A stretch of 64,000 nt of DNA from Lobosporangium transversale (GCF_002105155.1 NW_019029010.1:310001-374000), one strand, 5' to 3'. Positions 12,007 to 25,696 are shown, numbered from the stretch's first letter. Program-made: numbers and translations. Notes: a model not told the origin generated them from the letters alone.

Positions 12007-14038
12007 CATCGTGTTCGGTTCCAAAGTACCGATCTCCAAAATTTCCGAGACCAGGCTCCAAATAGAGGGTATCAGCGTTCAGGACCGGGTCAACATACGA
12101 TGTAACAATCTTGACTTTAGGAAACGCGCTTGAAATTGTATGTAGACCCTGGAGACCTGCCAGGAAACTCAAAAAAATAATCCTGTCCTCAGGAACATCA
12201 TGATCCAACAATACACGAATAGCCATCAAACCCGCAGCGCCTGTTCCTACTACGGCATCCATCAAGAAGATAAACATGTCGTGTTTGGTACTGTCCTCTT
12301 TCAACGAAGGTGGTAGTTTACAGTAATGCAATTGAGGTTCGCCATTTGAGGGGTCAGTTTGGATCAAAATTTTGCCAATAACTGCATCACGGATGACACG
12401 GCGGAGACCCGCCTCCATGGTCCCACCAGCACGCAAGATCGAGACACCTCCGATATGAGCATCTAATGCAAGGCCATCTACCGTCTTGCCCGTAGGCGTA
12501 GTCACGGTCTGGGTCTTGTAAGGCAGCTCATTCAAAGCTCTTTCAATTACTAAGGTTGCAAGTCGATCAGCATAAAAGATAAAATCGTGGCGCGACGTGT
12601 TGATATCACGGATGATGGTATGCAAACCCATAATCTGCTTTGTCTTCTCTAGAACAATGACGTTGGAAGGCAATTCATTCGGTGGGTTGATCCTAGCCAT
12701 ATCCCATCTAGATTGGATTTTGCGCTCCCGCAACTGACGTTGGATATGCTTTGTCAACAAATCAATTGCTACTAAATTCTCTAACCCCCGTGGGATGACC
12801 ACATCTGCATTCTTCTTCGTCGGGTACACATAGTTATCATATGAAGGTTTAACGAATCGTTGGTAGAGCTTCAGTACTCCTGCGACGTCAAATCCGCGCT
12901 CTGCGACATCACGTTTAACTAAATTGAAAGGGGAAACGAAAACAAGGATAGACTAAGATAAATTATTACATTCTTGCCCCACTCTTTCAGAAAATATATA
13001 TATTTTACAAGCATTGTTCACGCATGAGACGTACTTCTTCTGGCGAGACAAACATCCGTGTCAGTGTCCACAAAGATTTTAAGATCCTAGTTCATTCATT
13101 GACAAAACCAAAAATAGCTTAAGTTAAAAATGCTAGAGAATAACATCATACTTGTACAAAAGCCTTCCATATGATCACTCACCATCATTGCCAGAACTTT
13201 GGGATCATACAATCCAAAGATCCCCTCGAAAATTATTACATTGGCGCCATAGATCGTGTTGACTTTGTTCGGTACTCTATGATATAAGTCATGACTTCAC
13301 ACTAAGTGCTGAACCTCCGATAATTGTGATAAACTGATGATATTTCCTGTAAATTACCTCTTATGAGTTTCAAAATCGTAGATCGGGACATCGACCTTTT
13401 TGCCTTCTTTAAGTTTGGTGATTGTTTCCAATAAAAGATCATAATCATACGAGTTGGGTGAATCAAAATCCCAATCACTATTCAGTTTTTTGAAAAGATG
13501 TGGTTAGGAGATAAACTGCTTTATTCTCGAATAACATACCTTTTTTTTTTTTTTTTTTTTTTTTCTTACTTTCTATGAGCAATCTCCAATTCTTCATCAT
13601 TCAGATCTCTGTAAAAGGAGTCCATAGACAACAAGACTACCCATGGGACATTCAAGTTTTTAATAATCCTTTGTGCAACACTGGTCTTCCCACTGGCACT
13701 GCCACCTAAAAAGAACAACCAAGGTCAGATGAATATGAAGTATATCCGACCCAACTGGCTCCATTGTTAACGTTAAAGAAAACTCTGTACCTGCGATTCC
13801 AACAACATAGCAGTCGCAGTTCTGGCCATCGCTCCTATACCATGGGCTTTTAGAAGAGGAGAGAACGAAAACAAAAGCGTCAACCTCTCATAGCGTTTTA
13901 GAAAGAAAAAAGAAAAAAAAAAGTCCGGTGGTATAGAGCCTTTTTTATTCTTTAGTTACGCCCTTGTATCCCTAAAATGCCTTTGACATACGGGCGACCT
14001 TCTCCTGCAATGACATGGTTGGCGAACTTGGACTTCAT
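12002..14038 (-). CDS. URK1: Uridine kinase with C-terminal UPRTase-like domain (URK1/UCKL1), multi-exon
   Basis: GRPPWY; Walker [35 protein letters not shown]-terminal [25 protein letters not shown]. Confidence 0.93.
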
Positions 14039-14347
14039 GTTGGAATGGGGAGGAAAAAAAAAGGAGTTATTGGGAAGGGCCATTTTGCCATTTTTTTTTT
14101 TTTTAAAAAAATTATACATACGATTACAGAGTTCAGACATGTCAAATTGTGGATGGAAATATAGTTTATTGAACAAAACGATGCAATGTTTTTTGAACTG
14201 CCCAAGTTCTCCTTTCTTGTTTACATGCATGCAGAGGGGTGCTGTGCTATTTTTTTTTTTTCTTTCATTCAACACATTATAAACGGAGCAAAAAAAAAAA
14301 AAAAATGAAGGGGTAGAGGAGATATAAAATAGTGAAGAAAAAAATAC

Positions 14348-15448
14348 TTATGCCTCAAAGACGAAGGAGAGACCAAGCTTGTGAGCAGGCTGGTTCAACT
14401 TAGTAGTGTCAAAGAGACCAGCAATGGAGACCTTGACGCCCTTGCGGAGAGCTTGAGTATATCCAAGGCCGAGGACACCAGAATTGTTGACCTTTGCCTT
14501 AACAAAGGCATCACGGTCGAGGTAGTACTTGGCACCAACCTCAAGGGCAACGGGTGCCTTGGACTTGTCACCAGCGGGAGCAGCCTTGGTGTCCCAGGCA
14601 GCCTTTCCACCAGCCTCAAGATCAGCATTGATGCGATGATAGTATGAAGCAGAGAAGAGCTTGAAGGAGTTGTGGGCGTGAAGAGCAACAGAGTACTCAG
14701 GAGCGGTGTAAGCAGCAGCCGCAGCAAAGCGAGTGATGTAGGCACCACCGACATCGTAGGCAACATCGCCTCCAACAGTGAAACCATCACGGCCAACGAC
14801 GACATCACCAGTGAAAGTGGGACCCTTGAAGAGATCAACGTAAGCACGCGAGTTGAAGCCCAACTGCTTATATTGAACACCGACTTTGGCGTTCTTCTTG
14901 CCCTCTGAGGGAAGGAAACCTCCAGTGATGTCCAACTTCAAGCCCTTGGCGACCTTGTTCTCGACTTCAATTTGGGTGGTGATAACGTTGCTGGTTGTCC
15001 AGGCCTCAGTGACGGTCAAGCCATTCTTGTAGTCGACATACTTTGTCTTGAGCTCACCATTGATGTGGCCAGACTTGTTGTCCTGGTTACCGAGGACGTT
15101 GAAAGTCTATTTTCATATTTCACAGCGTCAGAATGCGTTAGCGTGAAGAGATAACAACGAGAAAGCATATTTTATAATTGATATTCCAACTACAGGAGGA
15201 GAGGAAAAAAAATTGATGTGATCTAGAAAAGGAAACTGCGCGTCTTTTTTTTTTTTTTTTTTTTTGGCAGTACAAGGATGAAAACAAAAATAATGAAGAG
15301 AGAGAAGGAAGGAAGTGTCACTTACAACGCCATTGGGGGCAACAGTCTTGAGCTCGAACTTGGTCTGACCAACAGGGAAGTCCTTGCCGAGCAAGTCATT
15401 GGTGCTCTTGCCGAGATCAGCAAAGGGAACAGGAATAATGGTGGCCAT
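14348..15448 (-). CDS. POR1: Mitochondrial outer-membrane porin (VDAC); exons 15448-15326, 15106-14348
   Basis: PVPFADLGKSTNDLLGKDF; EAWTTSN; KAKVNNSGVLGLGYTQALRKGVK; beta-signal HKLGLSFVFEA; strong codon bias. Confidence 0.96.
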
Positions 15449-16431
15449 TGTTGATTCTAGAGAGTAAGAGTGAGGTAAAGAGTAATTAGGAAAAGAGAAA
15501 GAGAGAAAGAAAGAAAGAAAGAAGAGATGAGATTGAAAGAAATGATGACGCGCTTTCCGATCGACCCGTAATGAATGTGCGCTCTCATTCCTCTCAGCTC
15601 GCAACTCTCTCACACTCCCGGAATTGTGGCAGATTAAAAATCCAGTCCAGTCCAGGTGACATCGATGTGATACCAATGACATTTTTTTTTATGTGCCGCC
15701 TGGTCTGGTCTATGATTTCGAGCTCTTTACCAATAATTGGCTCCATGACGCCCTCTTAAGCTCCCCGCTTGTAAAAAGTTCCACTGGTGCTGTATTTTCC
15801 TGTCTTGCTGTGTTCATCGCCAAGCAAGCGTAATTGAACCAATCTCATAACCAGTTCTGCTACATACATCCCTTTGTCTTATTTCGTAAGCAGAAATGTT
15901 TCTCTGATTTTGTATGAACATCAATGAGCATCTGTTCCATCAGTATGCCAATTGTTCTTCTTCTTCTCTTTCTTTTCAATTAAAACTATTTAATTTTTAA
16001 ATAGCAAGAACAACTTTGATTCCGAAATATCTTCGAATTGTACTGAAGGACGTTGTGTACGCAAATGTAGCCATCGAATAACTTGACAGAAAAACAAGGA
16101 AAAATCTGTATCTATAATCGATAATTGACTCATACTTGACAAGAGAAAAATGGTGGAAAAGGAAAATGAAATGTGTATATGATGCTGCTTACCTAAAAAG
16201 AAAACTTGAGGTGATAAAGAATAAAAAGGAAAAAGAGAAAAAGAAAAAAAAAATGGCGGGGAGAAAATATGGATTATGTTTTCTGCAAAATGACACAATC
16301 CCAAGTTCGCTTTAGAGTTCGGTGGGGTAAAGTGAAGTTTATCACATAAACAATTGGTCAGAAATTCAGGTACATCGATCACGTGGAATTTATTGAAACG
16401 ATCATAGATGAGTGCATGTGCAGCACTCAGT

Positions 16432-17568
16432 CTACATATTTTGATGCACATGCTCATCGTTCGTAAACGTGTCCTGCTCAACGTCGTACCCGATAATAGC
16501 AGGGTCAATTCCTAGACTTCTTAGCAGCTTTAGCATTGGAGTCATCTTCACAAGTGCTGCTTCCCCTCCATAACCCATATGCTTGTCAGGCACGGATCTT
16601 AATCGAATAGCTTCTTCAACTGTGGGTAGATCTTGCTGTACATCCTGGATTTCCATACATTCCTCCATAGCATCAAGTTGTTCAAGGTCCATCTCTGTGA
16701 GTCCTTGCTGTCGCTTCTGTTTTTGCTGCCGATCTTGAGACGAACTGGTGTTCGTTAATGACCGTCCCCAACTGCTTGCTACTGGTGTGGAGTCTTGGTC
16801 CCATAGACTTTGGCTTTCACCGCTACCGCCACCAAAAAATTGTTCCTGTGCAAGATACTTCTCCAATAAAACCTGTGCGCCTTCTATACTCACTTTACGC
16901 CACCTATCAATCAGCTCCTGCAGAGGAGCATCGTTAGCTTCCTGCAGATGTAAAACTTGTCGCGCTTTGCGGATCGATGACTCTAGCTCCTTCATCTTGG
17001 TCTGAAGAGCTTGAATTTGTGTCACCTGGCTGTTGACAGTGTTCTTTGCTCGTTTAAGGTTACTAGCCTGATTTTGACGAGAAATAACAGGAGATCGAAA
17101 AGCTTTTTGCATACCAACCCCGACCCTTTGCCTTAAAATCGGCTTTGTTGTACGTACAATAGAGGGCTCCTCTGTAGGTGTTGTTGCAAGTAGCTCTGGT
17201 GTATTAGTCTTAATAGAATTAATGAAGGTTTCATCATGCAGATCACATACTTTTGTGGTGGATACAGTGTCTGCATGAAGGTTGTGTCGTGATGATACAA
17301 TACGACAAGTTGAAGTAAGATCATTGGCCATCAATCGGACTGGGGACCGAAAGGGTTTGTGGAGTGAAGAGGAACTGCTCTTTTCTGTAGATTCTCGCTT
17401 TCTCTTTTGATTTGAGAAAACTCTTGCGGAGGAAGGATTAGGTAGAGCCCCTGCAGTTGTTGGTTTTTGATGTAGCGCATCATCTTTCGAGTCCATTTTT
17501 TTTCCTTTTGAAGAGTCAGTCTCATGGCATGATGGATGGTGGTCAGCAGTTGGGATCAGACCATCCAT
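16432..17568 (-). CDS. SFR1: Sfr1/Mei5-family Swi5-dependent recombination repair protein
   Basis: Repeated FRSP motifs in a disordered N-terminus; coiled coil followed by LQELIDRWRKVSIEGAQVL; C-terminal MLKLLRSLGIDPAIIGYD, as in Mei5/Sfr1. Confidence 0.75.
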   Translation of the reverse strand: MDGLIPTADHHPSCHETDSSKGKKMDSKDDALHQKPTTAGALPNPSSARVFSNQKRKRESTEKSSSSSLHKPFRSPVRLMANDLTSTCRIVSSRHNLHADTVSTTKVCDLHDETFINSIKTNTPELLATTPTEEPSIVRTTKPILRQRVGVGMQKAFRSPVISRQNQASNLKRAKNTVNSQVTQIQALQTKMKELESSIRKARQVLHLQEANDAPLQELIDRWRKVSIEGAQVLLEKYLAQEQFFGGGSGESQSLWDQDSTPVASSWGRSLTNTSSSQDRQQKQKRQQGLTEMDLEQLDAMEECMEIQDVQQDLPTVEEAIRLRSVPDKHMGYGGEAALVKMTPMLKLLRSLGIDPAIIGYDVEQDTFTNDEHVHQNM

Positions 17569-19380
17569 TACTGGTCGGCTTAATGTTGATGTTGAAAGTG
17601 ACTCTAGGAATGGCGATTATTAAAATCAATTGGCGGCATCAGAATAGGCCGTTCTGATGGAAATCAAAAAAATAATAAGAACATGATAAATGCATATGTT
17701 TATTGTTTCATTGCAACTTCTCTAATTTGCAATACCTTGTATTGTGTTGCTGGCCAAAGTCATCGTAATGCATTTGCATCAGACAACAGCATTATTATTA
17801 TTATTATTATTATAACAAAAATTGGTATTTTCAGAAACATGCCGATTGGTCAGTTCTCAGGGAGAGAACGAGGGGGCTGCCAAAAAGGTGTGAGCAACTC
17901 AATCACAGAGATCCCTCTTTTGCCTTTTTTGTATCCATTTGAGGAAAATCCCGTGCATTGCGCTTTGACAAAACGCTTTGACACAGAAGCGTGATTCTCT
18001 CTTAAGCACTAATTTGGATGTCATTCAATACAATACTCAGATACAACATGAGGTAAAGCATTGCTTAGTAAATGGTTTCCAAGCCGTACACTTGTCGCGA
18101 CTCCTTGCATTTTAAGGAAAGGGAGTATTGTCCTACTTTTATTGTTATATACTGAGCAAGTGAATCTATTATTATTAGGTTACGACGTTGACAGTTACCA
18201 GAGAACGACACTTCGTCATTTTACATTTTACTGATTGTTCATGTAACCGCATAGCCGTAATAGATTTACTAGTGACTTCAGGCGAGATTTTCAATCGTCC
18301 TGACAATCTTTTCAATGGTGATAATAAATCAATTTAAACCTCGCTATGCCAGAAATGCGGAAATGCCATAATGGATCAAATGATGTAAACTGCTATCCAG
18401 AAACAAAAAATAGGGAAGCTTTTGTACACCATGAATCTCTTCTACACAGGCACGTATCAATGCAAATTTGGTCAACTAGTGATTGACCCATTTCGCCTTC
18501 TATGGGAGTGACTGAAAATCGCCTTTATAAAAACAGGAGCATTAGCACTTCTGAATCAAATCGAGGGGCAACAAAAGCATGAGATAAAGGCATTTGCTTT
18601 GAACAAAAAAAACGGCCATCTTGATATGTTATTGGTACGCTCTATTTTTTTTAGAGCTGCTTCATAAAATCTATGCACTTTTCCTCAACATATTCCTATT
18701 GTTACGATTTGCATGAGTATTTTTATTGAGCCGATGCTTACCATCATCGGTGTCGTGTGGGCCGTCCTGGCGATGATGGTGCATGCGTGTTATCTTGTTT
18801 TTAGCTGTATTCGCTTACAATGTTAGGTCACGCATTTCCTGATGAGGCCACCAACAAGCCGGTATGTACGTTGGGTCTTGGATTCGCCCATGCGCGTGCC
18901 CGCTATCTTACACCCTTACTTTATTTTTTGCTCCATCTCATGTCTTTGTGCTCTAATTTTTTTAAATATTGGCTAATCTGCTTTGGGACGGCATGTACTC
19001 CTTACTCTTTTTTTTTTTTTTTTTTTTTTTTTTGCAGATTTCATGGCCTAAAAACTCTCCTTTTAGTTCCCTTCATTTTATTACTATTCATCCCTTCTGA
19101 AAATGTTTCTGCGACAAAGTGTGTGTAGGAGTGTTGCAGACTCATTTGATCCTCTTTACTTTTACGCTGCGTCGCGCATAATCCGATCAGATCTCCGTCC
19201 ATGCATGTTTGTATCATCCATTCAGACCAGTGTAAAGTGAGTATGTAAGGTATATATTATAAAGATCTTTTAAAAAAAGGATGTACTCAAAGCGCATTAA
19301 CACCATGCATTAGTGAGAGACATTGGTCCCCACCTTTACTGGGTGCTGTGGGTCAATCATGCATATTACAGACAGTAACG

Positions 19381-19411
<31 letters not shown>

Positions 19412-20084
19412 GCAGTAAAGTCTTACAGCCTAATATCGTCGTTGCGGTCAATGTCAAGTATGGGATGTTGATTTTTTGTTCATCTTTTTCTTTGTAACCT
19501 TGGACCGTGCTCCACAAATGGCATTCTCCTTTTATGCAACTATTACATGGATCAGTTGAAACATTCCTTTTATCCTCATCGTCCCTTCTGTCGGGTCAGG
19601 AGCAACCCCCCAAATGGACAATATGGAGTGAATCTGCATGAGCTTTTGCTGTTATGTCTCCCCTTTACTTATTAATACCCATGGAGTAAAAATTCCCTTA
19701 TTGCCGTTCCCCTCGAAAAATCCTTTCAATAGAGGAGTGACCCTTTGTGGTTCCCTCTCCTTGCTATTGGAGTTAGTCATAAGGGATCAGTCGGAATAGA
19801 GCTTGTTGGTATCGATGATGATATTAATGTTAGTGAATGATTGTTTATGCTTATGGGGTTATGGTTTTTCTTTTCTTAATACGTGCTATTGCTCTTCGTC
19901 ACTTGTTTTTATTCATGTAGTATTGAAATCAATTCATTCTTTCTAATTTTAACAAGCGTATTGTTATTCCTTACTCCACATCCGCTATCGCTTAGATTCA
20001 CATAAACAATACACTTGCTCTGTATGTACTTTAAAGACAAGAGGAGGCTTTACCTACTACACCGTCCATCGCGTCTTTGAACCA

Positions 20085-20091
20085 TATATAA
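20085..20091 (+). promoter_or_regulatory. Putative TATA box of the C2H2 gene
   Basis: TATATAA followed by a ~29-nt poly(A) tract and a pyrimidine-rich leader ahead of ATG 20351. Confidence 0.45.
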
Positions 20092-20114
20092 GGGTAAGGG
20101 TAGATGGTCCTTCC

Positions 20115-20145
<31 letters not shown>

Positions 20146-20350
20146 AACAGCCAACGAATACAGCAATAAAAAGATTCTTCTCCTCTAACAACATCTACTT
20201 TCCTCTTTTACCTTCTTTACAAATATATTCTTTTATTCTCCTCTTATATTGCCTTTTACTTTAGCTTCGTAAAAGACGCGTCTATCTTGAATCGCCCTGC
20301 GGTCACTCCAAACTATAGAACACAACGACCAAAAACACAAACTTTCTACC

Positions 20351-20848
20351 ATGGCACACCTCACCCCAGCATCGATCTTGGCTTCCATGAACAACGGAGC
20401 CGCCTGCACACCGTCTGAGCTCATGAACTACCATAACTGTAGCGGTATGAGTCCTATTGAGGATTCGGACTCGGACTCCTCCTACTCAGGCTCTAGTTCT
20501 TCCTCACTCTCAATGAACGTAAATAGTGCTCCTACTGGGCTGGCTGCACAGAATGGTCAACCTATTACCTATCACTATTTTTGCAACTTCCCTACGTGCG
20601 ATTATCATAGTGCGAGATCTGATCCTGTCAAGCGCCACAGAGATACACACTACCCAGATTACAAGCCTTACATCTGCAACTATTGCCAGGCAAGCTCGGC
20701 TCGTCGAGACTCCACTCGTGAACACTGCTTGAAGCAACATAAGGATGATTCCGAAAACGCCTTCCGATATGATACCACGATCCCAAAGCCTGAGGGCTGG
20801 ATCGCTTATGAGCCTAAGCGATCTCCATGGCCACCAATAATGATCTAA
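20351..20848 (+). CDS. Small two-finger C2H2 zinc-finger protein, probably a transcription factor
   Basis: CNFPTC...RHRDTH, linker YPDYKPY, CNYC...EHCLKQH; Ser/Asp-rich N-terminus; intronless. Confidence 0.88.
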   Translation: MAHLTPASILASMNNGAACTPSELMNYHNCSGMSPIEDSDSDSSYSGSSSSSLSMNVNSAPTGLAAQNGQPITYHYFCNFPTCDYHSARSDPVKRHRDTHYPDYKPYICNYCQASSARRDSTREHCLKQHKDDSENAFRYDTTIPKPEGWIAYEPKRSPWPPIMI

Positions 20849-20957
20849 GAGTGTTTTCTCGCGAAAACGAATACAAAACACATAGAATATCCCCAACAAC
20901 ACAGACTTATTTGATGGTTGAGAAGCAATAATCCAAGTCATTGTTTAAGAAGGTGTT

Positions 20958-20988
<31 letters not shown>

Positions 20989-21585
20989 CAGATCACATAT
21001 GACTATTATTCCTTGTAGATCAGCCAGCATTATTACCATAGAAAATTGTAACATCACGCATTTCCGTATCAACCTATCCACCAACATCAATTTTGGCCCT
21101 TCCGCGCTATATCTCACCTTCTCCCTTCTTCCTACTGCTCTTTATGATGGATTGTTGTCGTCTGAAGCGCGGAAGTACGAAGATCAAAATTCCTTTTGAC
21201 TTTTTTTACCTTTCTTTCTCTGATCGTAGTTGTTGCATGTCTCCTTGTCTTAATTATTTTACTTAAGAGACTGTACTTCCTCTGAAATAAAAGTAATGTT
21301 CAAAATGCAGTGCAAATGGTTCTTTAATGAAAGTAATATCCGTGCACTCATTGTTTCTATTGTTCCGTCACACAAAAAATACAACGTCCAAAACTTGTGT
21401 CCCCTTTTTGTTTGTGTTTCAGAGAGGGACAATGGCATCTCTCTTGTTTGGATAGAAAGAGGCATGGTGAGAGGCGAGGCCGATCTGCAAGGGTTCATCC
21501 CACATAATTTATTTGTTATCCTCATTATATCTTGACAAAAACACATCTTGTCCCTAAATGAAGCAAGTTCTGAATTTATTATTTT

Positions 21586-24500
21586 TCATTTTCTCCAATG
21601 CTGGGCCCACCCGTGGATCGTCTCAGCAATTTGAGGTATGAGTGCGCCCACACTTTCGTTGATTAGATTCTGGAAGAATTTGATTGCTTCATCATCCGTC
21701 AGATTCAATTGGAAACGCTCTTCAACCTATCGTCACAATTGGCATTGGATATTAGATTTCACATTCACCCCACCATACATTATTAATACGACGCGGACAT
21801 ATAGAGGTGACTAAATACCTTCCAAACAGCTTTATCTGGTTCGGCTTTGATATCAGGAATGTTTGCATCCACCATCAGCCCAAACAGATTTAGAATAAGG
21901 TTGGCGGATTTCCTTAGGATGTTATAGGCTGTGAAGCAATATGACTTGAAGCTCTGGTAGTGAACAGAATTAAAGCCACCCATGGCATCTACCATTTCCT
22001 TCGTGATCTTCATAGGCGCAGGAAATGGCTTCGGGTCTCGTCCAAGGATAAACCCAAAGTCTACGTGGAATATATTTCCTTTTCAAGCAAACAAAAACAA
22101 AACAAAACAAAACAAAAAGTTAAAACGTAATACGTCTCTCAAACAACAGAGTAATAGCCAATTGATGGTTTACCGTTGGGCGATAGAAGCAAGTTATCTA
22201 AATGGCGATCGCCAACACCGAGCAGATACATTATCACACAGTAGCCAGCTATAAAGAATAAAATAAAAAAAAAAGTATGATACAATATGATTACCGAGTT
22301 AAGCTGTACTTATATATGCACGAGCAAGTCGTATATATAGGGGGAAAAAAAACTAAGCTTGACCTACCGCAGCTCTTGACATAAGCATCCATCACCTCAG
22401 GCCGAACTCCAAACGTGTCCACGCTCCGTTCGTCTAGATGATACTTTCTCCAGAACATCAGCAGACTGCCGTTGTTCTCGTTCAAGACATTGGCCAGCGA
22501 CTGTGATGGCACAAACTGGACCATTCCGTGGTCGGCACCTGTAGCAAGCACCTTGTATGGCATCAACTTAAGGTCTAAGTTTTCTTTCCTCAACAGATCA
22601 TCCATAAGTGTGATGAGCTGGATCACCAATTGGTCTTGCCTCAAATCATCACCGGATTTGAAAATTGCTTGGTATTGGCTTCCATCAGTGCATGAGAATG
22701 TGAGATGCAAAGGCAGCAAGTTACTTTTAAAGATACTGGTTTTTTCTATTATTCCATTTTTTTTTAAAAAAAAAAGAATAATAAAGTTAATCACATTGAC
22801 CCAGATCGGCGTTGAAGACATGAGGGGCCCAATGCAACTATACCTGGTATGATACCAGTGACCTCTACCCTTGGGTCCAGGGGCAATGCCAATGGCAGGA
22901 ACGATATCAACCCATTTTTGGGATCTGAAATAAACTCGCGTAATTTTTCAATTTTTTTTGGACGAGACTCCCTCATTTGCTTGATACTTTTCGCTAAATT
23001 CGCCAAGGTCTGAATCAGCTCTCCTTGACGTCGCAAACTCTCTCGACGCTGGATCCCTGAGGCAGCCATCATAGACATGTACTGATATACCACTTTTCCA
23101 TACATCTTACTAACCGCCACATCTTCACATTCAATCATCAAGTACCTAGAGGAAATATCAAAGCTGTAAGAGTCCTACGACATTTTGACGTGATACTTGG
23201 CAAAAGGCAAACGTTATCCAGAATAATCGACATACCAATGAAAGTAGTTACCAAGGATAGGATTCTTGACAGCTCGCTCAATTAAAAATGCTGCCAAGTT
23301 TGATTCACCAAAGTTGTCGTCAATTTGCTCGAATTTTAAGCCCTGTACCAGTTGCAGTAGAAACAGCAGTAGATCCTATAGGAAGGCGCAATAGTGTAAT
23401 ATATTGGTCAAAAGGCTCAAAGATTCAGGGTGCTTTAGCCAAATACTCAGAACATGATGCGTGCATGATTCCTCACATCGTCGTTTGCGCTCCGAAGTTG
23501 CGTTACAGCATATGATCTCACTTCACGGTTCTCAAATGATGATCCCAGCAACTCCAACGCGTCGTCTACGTCTACACCGACCCATGTGGGAAGCAGGTCT
23601 ACTGCCTGCTTGGCTTCCGCAGGATCACTCCAGACGACTGATTTCAAGAATTTTGTTAAAGCCTATTCAAATGGCATGATGGAAAGATTGAGGGGTATAG
23701 TGCCAGATATAATGATGAGCCGAGTCGGTAAGCAAGGGTACTTTAAAAAGAACAGATGATTTTTCCCTTACCCGCTTGTCCCGAGTAAGATAGAACCTGA
23801 ATTCCCAAAGTTGATCTTTTTCTGCGGCTGTAAGCGAGTGTGATGGGGGGTATCGTAAAATTTGCTGAAGAAATCCAATCAGACAACAGATATTTATGTT
23901 ATCTTATGTTAGTTTGAAATCACTTCATCCATGTGTATTGAATAATACATCAGCCGACCACTTACCGCTAGTTCGTCGCGAATCTTGGGATTAGGCTTTA
24001 ATTCTCTATCTAAAGGAGTATTACGGTGACTTCGAACCATTCTCCTGTGCTTAGCTTCTACTGGATTTTCCCTGGTCATTTCAGGATCCTCAACTGTGAA
24101 GATGGGATTTCCTGAGCTGCTGTTCCCATGAACCAAAGGCGTTGAGCCTGCGGCTGCAGGTCCACCAAAGCTGTTGGATATAGGGTGGGGCTTAAATTCA
24201 TACTCATGCTCATCAAAGATGACAGGGAAGTCGAACCGTGGTAAATCAACGTTGAGAAGCATCTTATCGGACTGTGCTGCAAGTTTCTGAATTTGCCAGC
24301 AAAATGTATAGTTTACATTGTCAATTAAAAAAAAAAAAAAAGGAATAGTGCAATTATCGTCTTTTAAATCTCTCACTTCGCGTAACTCACCTTATGGATC
24401 TGTTCTATCTGTCGATACGCGAGGTTGTCAAGCCAATCTGTCCTTGGGATATCACCACGGTCTTGCTTTTTTAGCAGCTGTTGCCAGAAAGTCAAGTAAA

Positions 24501-25511
24501 AAACAGAAATACGAAAAATAATGAAAGTGAGGTTGTTATTAGATTATGTTTGAGGAAATAAAAGGTGTATTGCAGATCCTTTCTATATGAGTTAACCTTT
24601 TCATATCGATCCATTTCCGTTCTCTCTCCAGTATCTGATGGTGTCTTGGTATGCTCACTTCCATCTGCTTCACAGTCCGGCCACATATACAGTTTTTGAG
24701 GTCCTGTCCGAATGATACTATAAAGTTTGTAGTACACAACTCCTAATTAGTGCCTTCTCAAATGGTAATGAGTCTTTGAATAAACCGGATATTTAGATGA
24801 GTGGTAATCGCTTACTTGAAAGGACCGAATAGCCGCAAAGTCGAGCCACCCACAGCCACCACTTTCCGAGGAGAGGCTGCATCCCATACCGTAAAGGCCA
24901 ATTGAGCATTCAGGGGTAAGTCTTTATACTTGATTGGGAGAACGATCCATTCATTCCAACTAATAGAGTTATCCCATGTTTCCGATTCAAAATCAGTTTA
25001 AGCCGCATCTTCAGAACTCTCAAGGATTAAATCAAAACTTTGTTACGCACGTGAATTTGCTTGACATAGGCTTGTAAGAAGTCTTCAGGACAATTGTTAA
25101 TGGTTGGTCACCCGCAAACACCTGGCATGTCACGTAGAGATCCGGATAGGGACTAAATTGATAGAAAGTGAGGTTGAAGCCTGAAGTCAAATATAACCGA
25201 GCATAGAGCGACTGAAGTCAGTCGAATTGTGATATTATAATGTACCTCCTCTTCTCTGCCGAGTATGGAACTGTGCTAGCATCCAGATGCGGCCTTTTTG
25301 GCTTCCATTCTAGTAAACTTCTATTTTTTTTTTTTTTTTTTTTTCAAAGGGGTTACAATTCTGTTCATTTCAGAAATGGGTTTTTCGAGTCATGCATGCT
25401 GTCTACTTGCATTCGCACTCTGAGGTTGAGATCTAGCTTGCCACTCAAACAATAAGAATAGTCTTTATAATTCTTAAACTTTTCACCTCCGATATCTCGT
25501 TGAATGTTCAT
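21586..25511 (-). CDS. VPS34: Class III phosphatidylinositol 3-kinase Vps34, multi-exon; first intron is GC-AG
   Basis: C2 domain [85 protein letters not shown]-terminal HGWAQHWRK. Confidence 0.96.
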
Positions 25512-25696
25512 TGTTTCTGGAATTGAGGTTTACTGTCCTTCTGGCTCTGAATGTATGAATGGTTGTAAGAAATAAGAAGGCATGCAGGGCTCGCAGTCAC
25601 AGCATTCAATTTGTATTTCACAAATCTGGGCTGTCCCTCTTTTTCACCCTTTCATCATTGACCGATTACTTTCAATAATCAGGGAAAACTGTCGGC

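Noticed and set aside
14381..15154. Several overlapping and antisense ORFs over VDAC
   Set aside because: Expected shadow ORFs from the strong codon bias of a highly expressed gene.
21259..21585. Open frame continuing ~108 codons beyond the VPS34 TGA (possible read-through)
   Set aside because: The stop context TGA-AAA is not a recognised leaky motif, the WAQHWRK end matches the normal Vps34 C-terminus, and the extension looks non-coding.
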